Below are positions 12,097-25,442 of a DNA stretch of 64,000 nt, piece by piece; within the stretch, counting starts at the first letter, position 1; every line of letters starts with the position of its first letter. A program made the position numbers and the translations under genes. The notes under the pieces are model-generated. The model was given only the letters and a program-made list of their open reading frames with translations, was not told the DNA's origin and did no database searches. The stretch comes from Eledone cirrhosa (lineage: Eukaryota), in contig OZ024741.1 in NCBI GenBank assembly GCA_964016885.1, positions 240,250,001 to 240,314,000 on the forward strand. The letters are read 5' to 3'.

Positions 12097-12730
12097 CCTT
12101 ATTGAGTGCTTAACTGCACATTCCGATTGCATTCGCTAGCTTAGCTGCAGCCAGAGCTTCGATTATGCTGAACTTCCATTTGTGGTATTATCTCCTAGAC
12201 TTAATGATTAATTGATTAATTTAATTAGACAATTCTATTGATTGGTTAATTATTTATCTTTGTTTAATAACGTCTGGTCGAGAGCTTTATCCGGTTTGTG
12301 GAAAGGAATTTATTCCTTTGTTCTAAATTTGAATTTTGACCGCCAAAAACCTCCCTTTGGGAAAACCATGTTACTGCTAAAAATCACAACCGGCACGGCA
12401 GAGAACGGATACCTGTTGAGAAAGTGAAACCTCTGTTCGATCTTTCAAAACCAATAACTTGCATACCCCGCAAGTGGATTTTGTTGATTTCGGATTCACA
12501 GAAACCTAGCGGAGATATTGCATAATATTGACGCGATGGTCGAGGTTTGTCAAATTGGTTGGTCCCTGCGGCTGGCTTACCGGTCGCAATCTTCAATTTG
12601 CAAAGCTGTCTAAACATAATGTTATGACTCTAAGGTAAAATACCGTATTGAGTGCTTAGCTGTACATTCCGATTGCATTCGTTAGCTTAGCAGCAGCCAG
12701 AGCTTCGATTATGATGAACTTCCATTTGTA
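12093..12730. mobile_element. Unclassified non-coding element with about 90-bp terminal direct repeats, in (TA)n
   Basis: 12093-12183 repeats at 12639-12729 (period 546); (TA)n on both sides. Confidence 0.65.
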
Positions 12731-13106
12731 TATATATATATATATATATATATAAACATACACTTAGAAAAAATAATTACATTTACACACATCTACGTGA
12801 TGACTGAGGAAGGAGGGGTGAGAAACTATAGACGCCCAGCGTTCTAAGATTCGTGATAGCTGTGTGTGATATTTTCATTTAAAAAAAAAAAAAAAAAAAA
12901 TGAATTACTTTAGCATCAGCATATAGTGTGTATTATATACGATATATAAAACATATATACTCGAATATAAGCTATTTCAAATATAGATCGACTCCTATTT
13001 TTATGTCAGAGAAATGGGCAAAAATCCAAACCCCGTTTATAAGATGAGGCAGCTAATCATTATGGCGTGGTTTTGAAAATTTAGAGTTTTAATATTTTGA
13101 TGTTTA

Positions 13107-13290
13107 AGGTGGCGAATTGGCAGTCATTAAGATTGAATGCTTGACGGTATTTGTCCCACCTCATTGCGCGCTCTGAGTTCAAATCCCGCCAGGGTCAACT
13201 TTGCCTTTATTCCTTTCGAGATTGATAAAAAAAAGTACCAGTCCAGTACTACAGTCAATTCTTCCTCTATAGAAAACATTGGCTGTGTTC
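13107..13290 (+). mobile_element. tRNA-derived SINE with Nin/Deu-like domain
   Basis: B-box GAGTTCAAATCCC followed by GGTCAACTTTGCCTTT..CCTTTCG...GATAAAA..AAGTACCAG. Confidence 0.75.
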
Positions 13291-13927
13291 AGACCTGGAG
13301 AAAGTTAGGCTCCGCCTAGACACACCATTTGACAATGCATCTACAACTCCACAAGGAGTTTTGGGATCTTTATCCTTTTTATTAAGTGTCGTTTAGAGAT
13401 TGTTTTTGTTTCACAAATCCACTATAAAATGGGGAGTAGTTTTTTCAGTTTCATCTATTATTTAAAAAAATATATTCCTCGGCATATATTCAAGTATATA
13501 CGGTATATTTTTGAGATTTTTAAGTAGCATAAGAGTATTTCACTACAAGTAAAACCTCTCTACCTCTCTAGAGATATTTAAATATTTTCCTGCCATCATT
13601 CAGTCACAAATATTGTGAATAGTTCTAGACAACATAAATTCTGTGATACTTTGCATTATATGTGGTTAGAAAAAGCTATCTCACTTACCGCTTTTCATAG
13701 GCGCCGCTAATTCCCATTGCTGGTTTCTCCTCTTCCACGTGCGTCCAACTCATTAACACCAGGAGCTGCCAAAACTCGGGTCCACACCGTTCCTGGTCAC
13801 CACTAGAGAGAGGCCAATCTGCTGGCCCCTCGGGTCGAGCACCCTTCCGGTCAAGCACTCTTCCGGTCGAGCACTCCTCAGCTTCCGGCCACCGCACACC
13901 ACACCATACCCACACGCCCTCCTGATC

Positions 13928-15280
13928 TCAAGGATCAATTTCCCCCTCGTCCTTCTGCATATGAAAGTCTGCTGTCCAGGTTGGTGGTTTGCGACTTCTT
14001 TGCGATCTCCGCAGTGTTGGGGCGGCACTTTGGGTTTCCTCTTCCTCGGAGTCCATTGACACAGTGATTCTACGGACATCCAGTACATGATGTGGTACTC
14101 CGTCCACGGACACATTGTTCTGGGAATTTACGGCCGTCACCGTTCCCCTTCCCCATTGAGATGTGCAACGTGCATCTGGGGGCTTAACCCAGACTACTTC
14201 ACCCACCTGCACGAATGCATTCTCTCTCCCCACTGGCTGTTGTGGTGGCATGCATGGGTGCCGCCACTCGTATCTGAATACTGCTCTGTGTGGCACCGAT
14301 TCCTCAACCTGTCCCACCAGAGGGGACATGTTGTACCAGAACACTGCCTCCATTGGTGAGATATGGCCCCGCTCCGCCATTGCCTTGATCGTCCGGTGGT
14401 GTCGCTCAACAATTCCATTCCCGCTCAGCCTGTGCACTGCTCTGAAGAAACGGTCAACCTTCCATCCATTGAGCATCTCCCTCAGCGCCTCCGAGCGGAA
14501 CGCTGCGCTGTTGTCCATCAGCAGTTCGTCCACAGGGCCCCGTTCCAAGAACACCTCTCTCAACGTCCGCATGATTTCCTCGGTTGTTCCAGTCTTCATC
14601 TCCCTCCATATCGCCATCCATCCTGGTCCATAGTTGACCAGCGAGAGGTACGTTCCCTGTTGACACCTTCTATCTCCAACGTGACACCCAGCGCTATGCT
14701 GCTGGCATCGCACCATGCGGACCTGCTCTGCGATTTGGGAACATACTAGCGTCCCCGCACTGGGTCGTCGGCTTTCACCCTCCCCACGATCTCCTGCATC
14801 ATGGCCACCATCCTCTCTCCCACTCTGTCACTCCAAGTCACCCCTCCCTCTCGTCTCTTGACATAGCTGCATGCCATCCGGAGCCACCCAGCAATCGGGT
14901 AGTCACCCACCAACTTTCCACACACCGAGAAAAGCTCCCGCCTACTCATACTTGGGCCCAGTTCTGGAACTTCATTTCCCCTCTGGAATACCAAGACGCC
15001 CATCTATTCTCGCCGTAACCTAAGTGCCAGCGCAGCTCCCCCCCCCCAACACTTCTGATGGCTTCACAGCCAGTCTATACCCCTGTAAATGGCTCGTGAC
15101 CTCCGACACTACAGACACGTCCACTAGGATGTCATCAATGTAGGAATTAGTGGCCCTCTTCATCATGTCAGCCTTTCCCAGAATGGTCTTGAGAGCGCCG
15201 ACATGATCTTCGGTGTGGAGCTCAGCCCGAAACCGAGCCTGGTCAGGCAATATGTCCGGCCCTTATACCTGACCAGCTGG
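13928..15280 (-). pseudogene. pol: Partial pol (RT end, RNase H start, integrase) with internal deletion
   Basis: YIDDILV; RNase H GVTLEIEGV fused to integrase QQGTYLS near 14660; MDNSAAF, NGIVERHHRTIK. Confidence 0.9.
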
Positions 15281-17831
15281 TGGATAGCATCGGCGTGGTT
15301 ATGGGCATGGACGCAATTGGCCGTCTAGGAGGCGTCACAGTGAACAACGTCGGTGTGTCATTTGGCGGCGCTGCATTGGTATGCGCTGTGAGTACGCGAC
15401 AGGAGAACCAGAAGGCCCACGAGGAGAAATACCCCGCTTACACTGTGCAGGACAAAGACTTCAAGGCCGTGTTCGATGGGTTGTTGAGTGGTACTGGAAG
15501 GGAGACCCACCAACATTGAAGACCAAAGTGGGCTGCTATCAACACACATTGAAGGGAGACATAAGGAGAGAGAGGTAGAGAGATAGATTGAGGAGGGCAT
15601 ACTGCTTCCCTGGAAAGAGGAGGTGAAGTGCGGAGTATTGCCGTTAATGGCGGTGGCGCAACCCACGAAGAACAAGGTGAGGCCGGTACTGGAATTTCGG
15701 GAGCTGAATGAGCACGTGTCATGCCACACGGGTGGCGAGATCATGGATGTCTGTGGGGAAACCCTGCGTGAGTAGTGATGCATGACGGGGGGTTCTGCAA
15801 TCGTAGATCGAAAGTCGGCATACTTGCAATTGCATATAGATGAGAAGCTCTGGCAGTATCAGCTGGTCAGGTATAAGGGCCGGACATATTGCCTGACCAG
15901 GCTCGGTTTCGGGCTGAGCTCCGCACCGAAGATCATGTCGGCGCTCTCAAGACCATTCTGGGAAAGGCCGACATGATGAAGAGGGCCACTAATTCCTACA
16001 TTGATGACATCCTAGTGAACGAGTCTGTAGTGTCGGCGGCGGGGTCACGAGCCATTTACAGGGGTATGGACTGGCTGCGAAGCCGTCAGAAGCGTTGGAG
16101 GGAGGAGCCGCGCTGGGACTTAGGCTATGGTGAGACAGGATGGGCGTCTTGGTATTCCAGAGGGGAAATGAAGTTCCAGAACTGGGCCCAAGTATGAGTA
16201 GGCGGGAGCTTTTCTCGGTGTGTGGAAAGTTGGTGGGTGACTACCCGATTGCTGGGTGGCTTTGGACGGCATGCAGCTATGTCAAGAGATGAGCGGGAGG
16301 GGTGACTTGGAGTGATAGAGTGGGAGAGAGGATGGTGGCCATGATGCAGGAGATCGTGGGGAGGGTGAAGGCCGACGACCCAGTGTGGGGACGCTGGTAT
16401 GTTCCCAAATCGCAAAGCGGGACCGTATGGTGCGATGCCAGCAGCATAGTGCTGGGTGTCACGTTGTAGATAGATGTTGAGGTCGAGGATGCAGCCTGGC
16501 TTAGGAAGAAGGACGAGTGCAACCACATCAATGTGGCTGAACTGAAGGTGGTGTTGAGAGGGGTGAACCTCACCCTTAGGTGGGGACTGCGCACCATCGA
16601 GATATGCACCGACTCGGGTACTCTACTCGGATGGGTGAGATCAGTGCTCACCAGTGAGAAGAGAGCACGAACGAGAGGGGCGGCGGAGATACTGATAAAG
16701 CACCGCCTGGGAACTTTAGGAGAGCTGGCCACCGAGTTCGACCTGAGGCTGAGCGTAGTTTTCGTGCCCTCAGAGAAAAATAGGGCGGACGTCTTAACCA
16801 GGGTGAAGAAAGCCAGGAGGGAAGCGCCGGAGGAGGTAGAAGAGGAGATAGCTGCCATGTGTCGGCTGACCGAGTCGGATCTGAAAGGGTTGCATGACAT
16901 GCACCACATGGGAGTGGATAGGACCCTGTTCCTAGCCAGGAGAATTGACTCGGACGTTAACAGACACAGTGTTCAAAGGGTGGTTAGAGGCTGCGTCCAA
17001 TGTCAGTCTATTGATACCGCCCCGCATGTGCACGAAACGGGAAGCCTCCTGGTGGATCACGACTGGAAGCGATTGGCGGTGGATGTAACGCACTACCGTC
17101 AGGGAACGTACCTCTCAATGGTCGACTGTGGACCAGGACGGATGGCGATATGGAGGGAGATGAAGACTGGAACGACCGAGGAAATCATGCGGACGTTGGG
17201 AGAGGTGTTCTTGGAACGGGGCCCTGTGGACGAACTGCTGATGGACAACAGCGCAGCGTTCCGCTCGGAGGCGCTGAGGGAGATGCTCAATGGATGGAAG
17301 GTGGACCGTATCTTCAGAGCAGTGCACAGGCTGAGCAGAAATGTAATTGTGGAGCGACACCACCGGACAATCAAGGCAATGGCGGAGCGGGGCCATATCT
17401 CACCAATGGAGGCAGTGTTCTGCTACAACATGTCCCCTCGGGTGGGACAGGTCGAGGAATCGGTGCCACACAGAGCAGTATTCAGATACGAGTGGCGGCA
17501 CCTGTGCACACCACCACAACGGCCAGTGGGGAGAAAGAATGCATTCGTGCAGGTGGGTGAAGAAGTCTGGGTTAAGCCCCCAGATGCACGTTGCACATCT
17601 CAATGGGGAAGGGGAACGGTGACGGCCGTAAATTCCCAGAACAATGTGTCCGTGGACGGAGTACCACGTCATGTCCTGGATGTCCGTAGAATCACTGTGT
17701 CAACAGACTCCGAGGATGAAGAAACCCAAAGTGCCGCCTCAACACTGCGGAGATCGCAAAGAAGTCACAAACCACCAACCTGGACAGCAGACTTTCATAT
17801 GCAGAAGGACGAGGGGGAAATTGATCCTTGA
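15281..17831 (+). pseudogene. pol: Partial pol (protease end, RT, RNase H, integrase)
   Basis: GMDAIGRLGG; SAYLQL, LGFGLSSAP, YIDD; CDASS, TDSGT, NRADVLTR; HDMHHMG..CVQC, DVTHY. Confidence 0.92.
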
Positions 17832-19359
17832 GATCAGGGAGGCATGTGGGTATGGTGTGGTGTGCGGTGGCCGGAAGCTGGGGAGTGCTCGACCGGAACG
17901 GTGCTTGGCCGGAAGGGTGCTCGACCGGAAGGGCCAGCAGATCGGTCTCTCTCTCTAGTGGTGACCAGGAACGGTGTGGACGCGAGTTTGGCAACTCCCG
18001 GGTGTTAATGAGTTGACGCACGTGGAAGAGGAGAAACCAGCAATGGGATTTAGCGGCGCCTATGAAAAGCGGTAAGTGAGATAGCTTTTTCTAACCACAA
18101 AATAAATGTACAAAAACATATCTATTAAAAAAAGATACTACTTTAGTGCTACTTTATTCAATGTGAGCCTTGTATTTGATGTTGCTCTGCTCGACTAGTT
18201 TTGTAATATTCAACTCCGTTGTGAATGATAATCAAAGATCACCTCTACAATGTTGTGTCAGTTATGAATTTTGATAGTTTGAGACACAGCTTAAACCAGA
18301 CTCAACAAGGTAAGATGCAGTAACATACAACTGTGCTTTCTCTCAGGGTAGTGGATATTTTTTAGCAGTGTCATTACTTTCCATTCATTATGCTTCCCAT
18401 CTTTAATTCTTGCTTTTACTTCTACACTTCATCACCGCTGATTCTTGTTATGTATTTGCTTAGATCTAAAATATTTCCCTCAGTGTGGATTTAGTTATAA
18501 TCCCAATAAAGACATCCATACAGCTGAGATGATTGTCTTTCATGCAAGACATTTTATTTAATAAGGCATCTAATTTTATTTTACCCAAAGTTTTTAGGAA
18601 AAGAATGAAATTCATTGTCAAGTAGGTGAATCAAATTGTGTTTTTGTTAAAATAGATTATAATTAGTGAAAGATAGCAAAGCAGCCTAATAAAATAGCAA
18701 ATATATATTATTAACCTCTGGATTTAAAGGGCTACTTTCAAGTAAGTAAACAGCAGAACATAAAAAAAAAACTGCAGAGCATCTAAAAGGAGAACCATAT
18801 TGTCATTTCTAGGCTTACCCACCTTGTTGACACATTACTCAAATGTTTTCTATATTCTGTATCACAAAAGCAATAAAACTCTTCTGTCCCCTTTTGTGTT
18901 GTACTCTTACAAAAAAAAAGTAAAATGTTGAAATCATATCTCTAAATTTGGTTGATGGCATTAAAAAATGCTTATATTGTAAAATCTAGACCTCATGTTT
19001 ACACTGCAGTTGTCTAATCACAAGCCAGCTCATTTAAACCATAGTACTTCATTTTTACTTAAAACATATTACATTTTCTTATATATTATTTCTGCTTTGT
19101 CACAATTGAGACTACCTGTATTACACATGTCAAAGTATTTTGTTACAGCCTTATAAACATTCTAACAGTTCTAACAGTTAGTGGGTTCATTTTGTCTTAG
19201 CATGCATCATTTGTACAAGTGAATCTGAAGAACACAATAAACATCTCTTGTACAAGTGAATCTGAAGAACACTAAACAAAGGTTAATGATATCTACATGA
19301 CTGGTGGCACAGGAAGAAAGTTAATTCCTATTTTATGTATATGTTGAAAGCAAAATCAA

Positions 19360-19826
19360 ATACAGAAATAATTGTTTCTACTTTTGGCACAAGGCCAGCA
19401 ATTATCCCAGTGTATTACTGGTACTTTGTTTTATCGATCCCATAAGGATGAAAGGCAAAGTTAACCTCGGCGGGATTTGAACTCAGACCATAAAGGGCCG
19501 TAACTCTTTGCTGCAGAGCATGGCATCCAACCCTCTACCGATATTGCTAATCCACCGCCCTATTGCAAAGCATGGCGTCTGACCCCCTACCGATACAGAA
19601 ATAATTGTTTCTACTTTAGGCACAATGCCAGAAATTACCCAGTACATTACTGGTACTTTATTTTATCGACCCGGTAAGGATGAAAGGCAAAGTTAACCTC
19701 GGCGGGATTTGATACAGAAATAATTGTTTCTACATTTGGCACAAGGCCAGCAATTACCCAGTATATTACTGGTACTTTATTTTATCGACCCCGTAAGGAT
19801 GAAAGGCAAAGTTAACCTCGGCGGGA
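19360..19826 (-). mobile_element. Nin-domain SINE plus two tandem 3'-half copies
   Basis: Three copies of ATACAGAAATAATTGTTTCTAC..GGCACAAGGCCAGC..CTGGTACTTTATTTTATCGACCCC..AAGGATGAAAGGCAAAGTTAACCTCGGCGGGA. Confidence 0.85.
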
Positions 19827-20839
19827 ATGAAATATATTTAGTGTTGTTACATAACTTAGTATGTGTATATATACCATGTGTATTGTTTGAATAATCACTA
19901 TTATAGGAAATAACAATTCAAACTGTAACCATTCAGCCTATACATTATTCTTTATACATATTCAACATATGGTTGACTTAGGAAGCGTTGAGGAAGTTGA
20001 AAATATAGTTGCCATGATGCAGATAACTATAGTAATAATTAATAGCCATAATTGGTAGTTGAATAAATTGGGTAGAATAACCTTTGAGGTGGGCAAAGCA
20101 AGACATGTGTGGTTCAATTACCCACAGGCATCACTGTTCACTTTTTCTGCCTTCATGCATACTGGATATAATCAACTATTATATTTCTGGCGACTATATT
20201 TTCAAATTTTATACATACATATTTATATATCATCACCGTTTAACGTCCATCTTCCACGCTAGCATGGGTTAGTATGAACATTGAATAATGCTGTTCCTAT
20301 ATAACGTTGAAAATGATCTATTTGCTTTTGATTTGCTTTTTTTTTTTTTTTTTTAAATGGTCTTCAAATTGATTACACACCTCTCTCTTCTTTATAGACT
20401 TCGAGATACACCAGAAAGCCATCCAAAGCAAATATCAGGGGGAGGAACAAAATATAAATATGATAGGATTTCTAAAATTTTCAGCAAAATACATGAATAA
20501 GTGATGAAAAAGCCAATGCTGAAATTTTCTGCATAATGTATGAAGGTTCGTATTGTTAGTATTAACTACTGAAATATCAAGTGTATAAAATTTATTAGAC
20601 ATCGAATTCAATTGAAAATATACAGGTTCAGAGAAGTTATTTTTGCATTTTGTACTGACTTCATATAAAGATATGTGAAAAAAAAAAATGGGAAGCTGAT
20701 AATCAGGAACATAGAAAAGACAGTTTTTGATGTTTAATTTAATTATTAAAATGATTTTATGTTACATAGGAAAATTTCCAACCAATACAATAATAATGAT
20801 GGCTCTGTCTCATCCTGAGAAATGAGAAGCGGCTTCAAC

Positions 20840-20965
20840 ATTAACCTCTGGAGAAATGTGAAAATAAAGCTTTTTCTCAAGGACACAACATGTTGCTTAG
20901 TGTGGGCAGGAATCAAACTCATGACCATAGGATTGTGAAACAAACAGCCTAACCACTAAGCCATG
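20840..20965 (-). mobile_element. Degenerate tRNA-derived SINE head
   Basis: Reverse complement has ATGGCTTAGTGGTTAGG (A-box) and GAGTTTGATTCC (B-box). Confidence 0.55.
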
Positions 20966-21084
20966 TATAAAATGTTTATATAGTCATATGGGGTATATGT
21001 ATGGATCCATAACTGTTAGTGGAATCATAGGTGTACAATAATGATATATAGTGTTTCTTGGACATTTTATACTTGGTCGAGCCT

Positions 21085-21280
21085 GTTTCTCACAAGGTCT
21101 GAACACAGCCAATTTCTTCCAGGAAAGGCAAGAGTGAAAAGATATAGAGGAAGAATCCACCTCAGTACAAAAGGATGAAAGGCAAAGTTGACCTCGGCGA
21201 GATTTGTAATCAGAGCGCAGAGAACTTGAATGAATACCGCATAACAATCTATCTGAATTGACACTGCCAATTCACTGGCT
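21085..21280 (-). mobile_element. Nin-domain SINE
   Basis: AAGGATGAAAGGCAAAGTTGACCTCGGCGAGATTTG. Confidence 0.7.
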
Positions 21281-22429
21281 CTATTTGGGATATATACATT
21301 AGTTAAAAGTTTATTTTGACATACTGTAAGATAGGGTTTATAAGAAAGGAGCTAAGCAGATACATCAGTCTGGAGATTGGAGAACCAAAAGGAACCTGTG
21401 CCTTCCTCTAAAAGAAAACTTTTCTTAAGCCCTTTGAACTTTGAGAGGAGCCTACATCTGGGTCTGAAAGCAGTTTTGTTCCACTTTCTAAAAGTTCTCT
21501 TTGAGGCCCTGCTGTTTGTTGAGAATAAAATTGATAAAAACTATTTAGTATTTAAATAAATATTGTTGTTTCAAAAATTGAGACGAAGTATGAATGTATT
21601 TGAAATTCGTAGGAATACTTTGAAAACTGAAATGTAAGGAACAGCTGTTAAAACAGCCAAATGCCATCACTGACAACAGCATGTAAATTGGGTAAAAATA
21701 CCCTTAAGGACAGAAATCTGGCCATTGGTTGCTAAAGAGAAATGGAAAGAGCCAGCACACTCCTCTCTTAAACTGGCTTTATTTGGCCAGAAGTCTCTCA
21801 CCTCTTTCTCTTCAAACCGGCCATAACTGGCCACTCATACTGATAAGTTCTCAAAATAAATGCCAAAATTTCATAGATTTGATATTATGTGAGATAAAGC
21901 CCTTACCACGAAAATACAATAGTAAATATAGAGTAATGTAAATGCTAAAGGGTTAACTATCTGTTTCATTTACCCACATCACAACTTTCCATTTCTCCTT
22001 AGTGACTACTGGCCACTAATTTCTGTCCTTAGGGATATTTTTACCCAACTTACATGCTGTTGTCATCAACGACATACAGCTGTTCCATGTGTTAGTTTTC
22101 ATTATTCTTATGAATTATTAATATTTGTAAATTAATAAAGGTAGGGAGGTGTTATTCATTTCAGATTGTGTTGAAATTGTCCCAATTTACTTTTCTTTCA
22201 GTTAATACTGTATAACAGTAGATAAAATTCTCCAGGGTAGAGAGGAATTCCTTGCAGATTTTTTTGTTTCTTTTTCTGTGTAGGTCTTACTTCTGTTTCT
22301 TGAATCGAGGTGGTGGCTCTTTGTAAACTTGGATACCTTCAAAACATAAGACATACGCATAAACAGTACATATGGTAAAACTAGAATAAGATGTTGAAAA
22401 AGGTTCAAAGAACTACTGCCACCATTGAC

Positions 22430-22870
22430 AACAAAAGGTTTCTCTCTACAAATGAAAAGCCAGCTGTATGATGCCTGTGTCTGAAGTGGAAGTGAATCAT
22501 GGTAGTAGTAAATGTAGAGGTTATGTGGAGAGGAATGAAGCGGACACTTTGTGATGGATGTGTGGTGTTAATATGCATGGATAGGGTGAGAGAAAAAAAA
22601 AAAACAGGTACAAGAAACAAATGTAGTGTGCAAGAAAAGAAACTGTACTGGTATGGACATGTGAGGCATATTGGTAATGATTGTTGGGTCAAGGAATGCA
22701 GGAGTTCTCAGTGGAAGGAAGTTGCAGTAGAAGGCTGAGGAAGACTTAAGCAGAAGTAGTGACAGCAGATCTTAAAATTCTGAACCTGACAGAGAAAGTG
22801 AAGGTAGAGGAAAGCTTTGCTTTAAAAGACTTGTCCAACCCATGCAAACGTGGAGAAGCAGATGTAAAAT
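22430..22870 (+). mobile_element. RTE LINE 3' end fragment
   Basis: KKLYWYGHVRHIGNDCWVKEC; tail TCCAACCCATGCAAACGTGGA..GATGTAAA, shared with local SINE tails. Confidence 0.75.
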
Positions 22871-24099
22871 ATAATGAAAACTCAGCTATACTGTTTAAAA
22901 TTGTTCATTATCTAGTTGAAGGAACATAGTAGCAATATAGCCAAACATGGTAATTGGTGTGTAATATCTTATCAAATATTGAATATCTAGCAAGTCATCT
23001 TAAAAGACAAAGGAAAAATTAGATAATGCAGTCCTTCGTGCACCATATCTGATTTGGAGCTCAACAATTGGTGACCTATCATTATCATCAATCCTTTAAC
23101 TTCTACCTTCCCTCTTTGAGAGGGTTGGATGGGTCTTCACAGGCTGAGACAGTATTTAAGTGGAATCAGTGACATCTCAGATAAGCTGTGGATCTTACAT
23201 ACATTCCTGCACTCTTCCTAGTGCATTTTATCATGGCACCAACACTAGGGAGATTGTCATGCTTTGACATAGTTGAAGAGTTATCCTGACCCTTTGTTTA
23301 GCAGGTTTTCTATGGCTGGATGCTCTTCAATTACTTTTAATAGTGTGTTTATCTCAATAGATTAGAATATATAAGTGAATGAATTATTTATTAGAACCCC
23401 AAATACCTGTGATTTCTTCATAATCTCGACACTCTGTTTTCATCCAGGCCAAACCATTTTCCTTCCGTGGTTGGTAGTTTAGAATCTTATCATGGTTTTG
23501 ATCAATGTAACCATCACAAAATGTTTCTGTGATTGGCTGATTCCATTTCCAGATAATATAAAATTAATTCAAATAGAATTGTTTCAAATTTTGTCTTTCA
23601 ATTATTTATATTGAAAATTAAATAATATAAAAATGGATAAAAATAATTTTTTTATTTGCCACAGGGTCATCAGATGAAAGGGACATTACAAAGACAGGAT
23701 ACATAAAATGTGCGTGTGATTAGGTTACATAGAAATTGGAAGAATAAGGATGATAATGAATAAAAACAAAACTCTTCCAGGAATAGCCCACATCCTGCAC
23801 AAGACCTTATTGATTTAATAGCACAGTTCAAATAGAACAATCTTCATACACAATGAAATAAAAAAATTCACACAACATACTCTATAAGATTAATAATACT
23901 CAAAATAACAATTCATATTACACAAACTACACATAATAGAGCAATCCCTGAAATAACACAAGAAACAAGTTAGACCCCATAATGAAATAAAACTGATACA
24001 GTTCAATAAGAAGATTCAATACTCCCATACAAATAACACAATGCTTCAACACTTTTGAAACACAAAGATGCACCAGGTGATGCAGTACAGACTCTCATT

Positions 24100-24250
24100 T
24101 GGGGGATGGGAAAGTCGATTAAATCGACCCCAATACTTAACTGGTACTTTATTTTATGAAAGGGAAAGTAGACTTTGGCAGGATTTGAACTCAGAACGTA
24201 AAGAGCCAGGCAAAATACTTCTATCCTAGTGTAAATCCAGCAAATGTTCG
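24100..24250 (-). mobile_element. Nin-domain SINE
   Basis: AAGTCGATTAAATCGACCCC..CTGGTACTTTATTTTAT..GGCAGGATTTGAACTCAGA. Confidence 0.7.
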
Positions 24251-24772
24251 CTGGATTGACATTAGGATAGAAGTATTTTGCCTGCAACATAACAACATAC
24301 CAGCCTAATGACTTCACATAATTGTATTAACATCTGATATCTCATTAGCACCAGTTACTGATGCAACCATTACATATCTACCCACCATGTCATTGAAATA
24401 TGTTTAATGTAATAAGTACAATTATGTAAACATAACATCTGTCTTAACATTTCATATATATATATATATAATCATTTGCACAACTGGTCTGTGATATATC
24501 CTCGCCTATTTCCAGTAGTAAGACTTTTATTGTTTACTGTCCTAGTTGAAAGACAACTGCCATATTGTTTGATAAGCATCTTTCCAGTGGTGTATTCTAA
24601 GCAACTTGGACTCAATATGCAATACCACCCCCCTTATGCATGGAACTTCCATTATCTAGGCAATGGCTGATAAGGAAGATATATCTTTGTTCGTCTGTTT
24701 TATATACTAGGATTTTTTTCAACACACTGACGCATGTGTGTGTATATGCATTCGTTTATATATATATATGAG

Positions 24773-24773
<1 letters not shown>

Positions 24774-24814
<41 letters not shown>

Positions 24815-25110
24815 CCGTTTTACGTCCGTTCTTCCCCGCTAGCATGGGTTAGACGGGTTGTCCTGTTGTGGGCAGTGTCTGGTCGGCTGACCATGCCTTG
24901 CTCATACAGGAACTGATTTGGCTTGATTTCTACAGCTGGATGCCCTTCCTAACACCAACCTCATTTACAGTGAGTGCTGGGTGCTTTTTCGTGGCGCCTA
25001 CACGTCCACTTTACAGTGTGGGCTGGGTGCTCTTTTGCCGTGGCACCTCCACAACCACCTTGCGGTGGGGGGTGTGGGGGCATATTGTCTATATGCTTCA
25101 GCTTGTACCC
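24774..25110 (-). mobile_element. SINE-like element with RTE-derived 3' tail and (GAT)n end
   Basis: (CAT)n-CCGTTTTACGTCCG..GCTAGCATGGGTT and TTTCTACAGCTGGATGCCCTTCCTAACACC; related copies at 23080-23330, 27565-28180, 48490-48760, 61712-61890. Confidence 0.7.
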
Positions 25111-25405
25111 ATGGGAGGTCGGGTACTCTGTATATAAATATAAACGTGCAAACACAGATACTTACAAAAATATACACTCAGACATACATTCACACAAACA
25201 CATACACAGTATAACAAATGGAACAACAGCCGCTATTTTGCTATAGTTTTTTACCACCCCTGCCTTCCTTTTACACACATACATACATGCAGGCAGACAA
25301 AGAAAGAGGAGTAATATGAGGTAGTCAAACTACTCCTCTCTTTTTACAAGTTGTGACAGAATTACAGAAATTTATATATAGATTGTTTTTTGGGTGCAAA
25401 TATTG

Positions 25406-25433
<28 letters not shown>

Positions 25434-25442
<9 letters not shown>

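Larger units (their letters stand above)
13661..18099. mobile_element. Fold-back Gypsy element: two 3' halves joined in inverted orientation
   Basis: Minus-strand LTR 13661-13914 plus pol remnant to 15280; plus-strand pol 15281-17831 plus LTR 17845-18099; same family as 42997-47249; no gag or PBS. Confidence 0.92.

Noticed and set aside
12955-13060. Tc1/pogo-like MITE end (TATATACTCGAATATAAGC)
   Set aside because: No convincing partner TIR or TSD found
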